Shown here: positions 62,685 through 64,000 of the stretch, one piece after another
Layout: every line of letters starts with the position of its first letter
Numbering within the stretch: the first letter of the stretch is position 1
The notes under the pieces: generated by a model
The model's input: only the letters and a program-made list of their open reading frames with translations
The model's database searches: none
What the model was told of the DNA's origin: nothing
Position numbers and translations under genes: made by a program
DNA from: Chiloscyllium plagiosum
Taxonomy: Eukaryota
Direction of reading: 5' to 3'
Length of the DNA stretch: 64,000 nt
NCBI RefSeq assembly: GCF_004010195.1
Contig: NC_057757.1
Span: 1,488,723 to 1,552,722 of the forward strand

Positions 62685-64000
62685 GGCATACAGTCATAGA
62701 GATGTGCAGCATGGACCAACTTGTCCATTCCAACCAGATATCCCAACCGAATCTAATCCCACCTGCAAGTACCTGGCCCATATCCCTCTGAACCCTTCCT
62801 ATTCATGTACTCATTAAGATGCCTTTTAAATGTTGCAACTGTACCAGCCTCCACCACTTCCTCTGGCAGCTCATTCCATACATGTACCACCCTCTGCGTG
62901 AAAAAGTTGCCCCTTAGGTCCCTTTTATATCTTTCCCCCCTCATCCTAAACCTCTAGTTCTGGACTCCCCAGCCCAGGGACAAGACTTTGTCTATTTATC
63001 CTGCCCATGCCCTTCATGATTTTATAAGCCTCTATAAGATCACCCCTCATCCACCGATGCTCCTGAGAAAACAGCCCCAGCCTGTTCAGCCTCTCCCTAT
63101 AGCTCAAATCCTCCAACCCTGGTGACATCCTTGTAAATCTTTTCTGAACCCTTTCAGGTTTTACAATACATTTCCGATAGGAAGGAGACCAGATTTGCAT
63201 GCAATATTCCAACCATGGCCTAACCAATGTCCTGTATAGCCGCAACATGACCTCCCAACTCTGATATTCAATACTCTGATCAATAAAGGAAAGCATACCA
63301 AACGCCTTCTTCACTATCCTATCTACCTGCCGCTTCTCAGCCCATTGGCCCATCTGGTCCAAATCCTGTTGTAATCTGAGGTAACCCTCTTCGCTGTCCA
63401 CTACATCTCCAATTTTGGTGTCATCTGCAAACTTACTAAATATACCTCTTATGCTCGCATCCAAATCATTTATGTAAATGACAAAAAGTCGAAGACCCAG
63501 CACCGATCCTTGTGGCACTCCACTGGTCACAGGCCTCCAGTCTGAAAAACAACCCACCACCACCACCTTTGAGCCAGTTCTATATCAAATGGTGAGTTCT
63601 CCCTGTATTCCATGAGATCTAACCTTGCTAACCAGTCTCCCATGGGGAACCTTGTCAAACTCCTTACTGAACTGAAAATGTATTGCTGGAAAAGTGCAGC
63701 AGGTCAGGCAGCATCCGAGGAGCAGGAGAATTGACATTTCAGGCATGAGCCCTTCTTCAGGAAAGAGCTCATGCCCGAAACGTCGATTCTCCTACACCTT
63801 GGATGCTGCCTGACCTGCTGCGTTTTTCCAGCAACACATTTTCAGCTCTGATCTCCAGCATCTGCAGTCCTCACTTTCTTCTCGAAGAAAACACCTTACT
63901 GAAGTCCATATAGATCACATATACCACTATGCCCTCATCAATCCTCTTTGTTACTTCTTCAAAAAATTTAATCAACTTTGTGAGACATGATTTCCCACGC
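62685..64000 (-). mobile_element. CR1 LINE running off the window end
   Basis: SGVPQGSVLG, SKFADDTK, FFTQRVVHVWNELP. Confidence 0.9.
63672..63888. mobile_element. Fold-back Penelope family A mini-insertion in CR1 RT
   Basis: Near-TSD aaactccttactgaa 63657-63671 / aaacaccttactgaa 63889-63903; inverted arms joined at the hammerhead cores. Confidence 0.88.

Overview
Eukaryotic vertebrate DNA, most likely a shark or ray (inferred from HE1-like V-SINEs with CR1, Penelope and Gmr1-type elements). It is repeat-dense and has two assembly gaps (43699-43913, 61045-61544). (1) The ORF track misses a host gene on the minus strand. Nine phase-consistent GT-AG exons (58298 down to 9088) encode the C-terminal 323 aa of a MUC3/MUC12/MUC17-type transmembrane mucin: SEA domain with the RNG|SIIV autocleavage motif, EGF-like domain, TM helix, and a tail ending VKIQRPQM...SHL*. 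(2) A defective epsilon-like endogenous retrovirus (44757-53572) lies antisense in the intron that splits the SEA cleavage motif. It has LTRs, a tRNA-His-like PBS, a PPT, no RT and a decayed env. It also carries an unexplained ~1.2 kb antisense coding-like insert in gag, a hairpin-built leader repeat and LTRs with a mosaic divergence pattern. (3) At least four sequence families of Penelope-associated minimal hammerhead ribozyme motifs occur, several as short fold-back insertions with clear target-site duplications (TSDs). (4) Two Gmr1-like LTR retrotransposons are present, plus a four-level nested insertion stack. (5) A CpG island at 4.56-5.2 kb holds a duplicated E2F-MYB-CHR-CCAAT module. All calls come from reading and hand-translating the sequence; no database searches were run, and repeat boundaries without TSDs are approximate.
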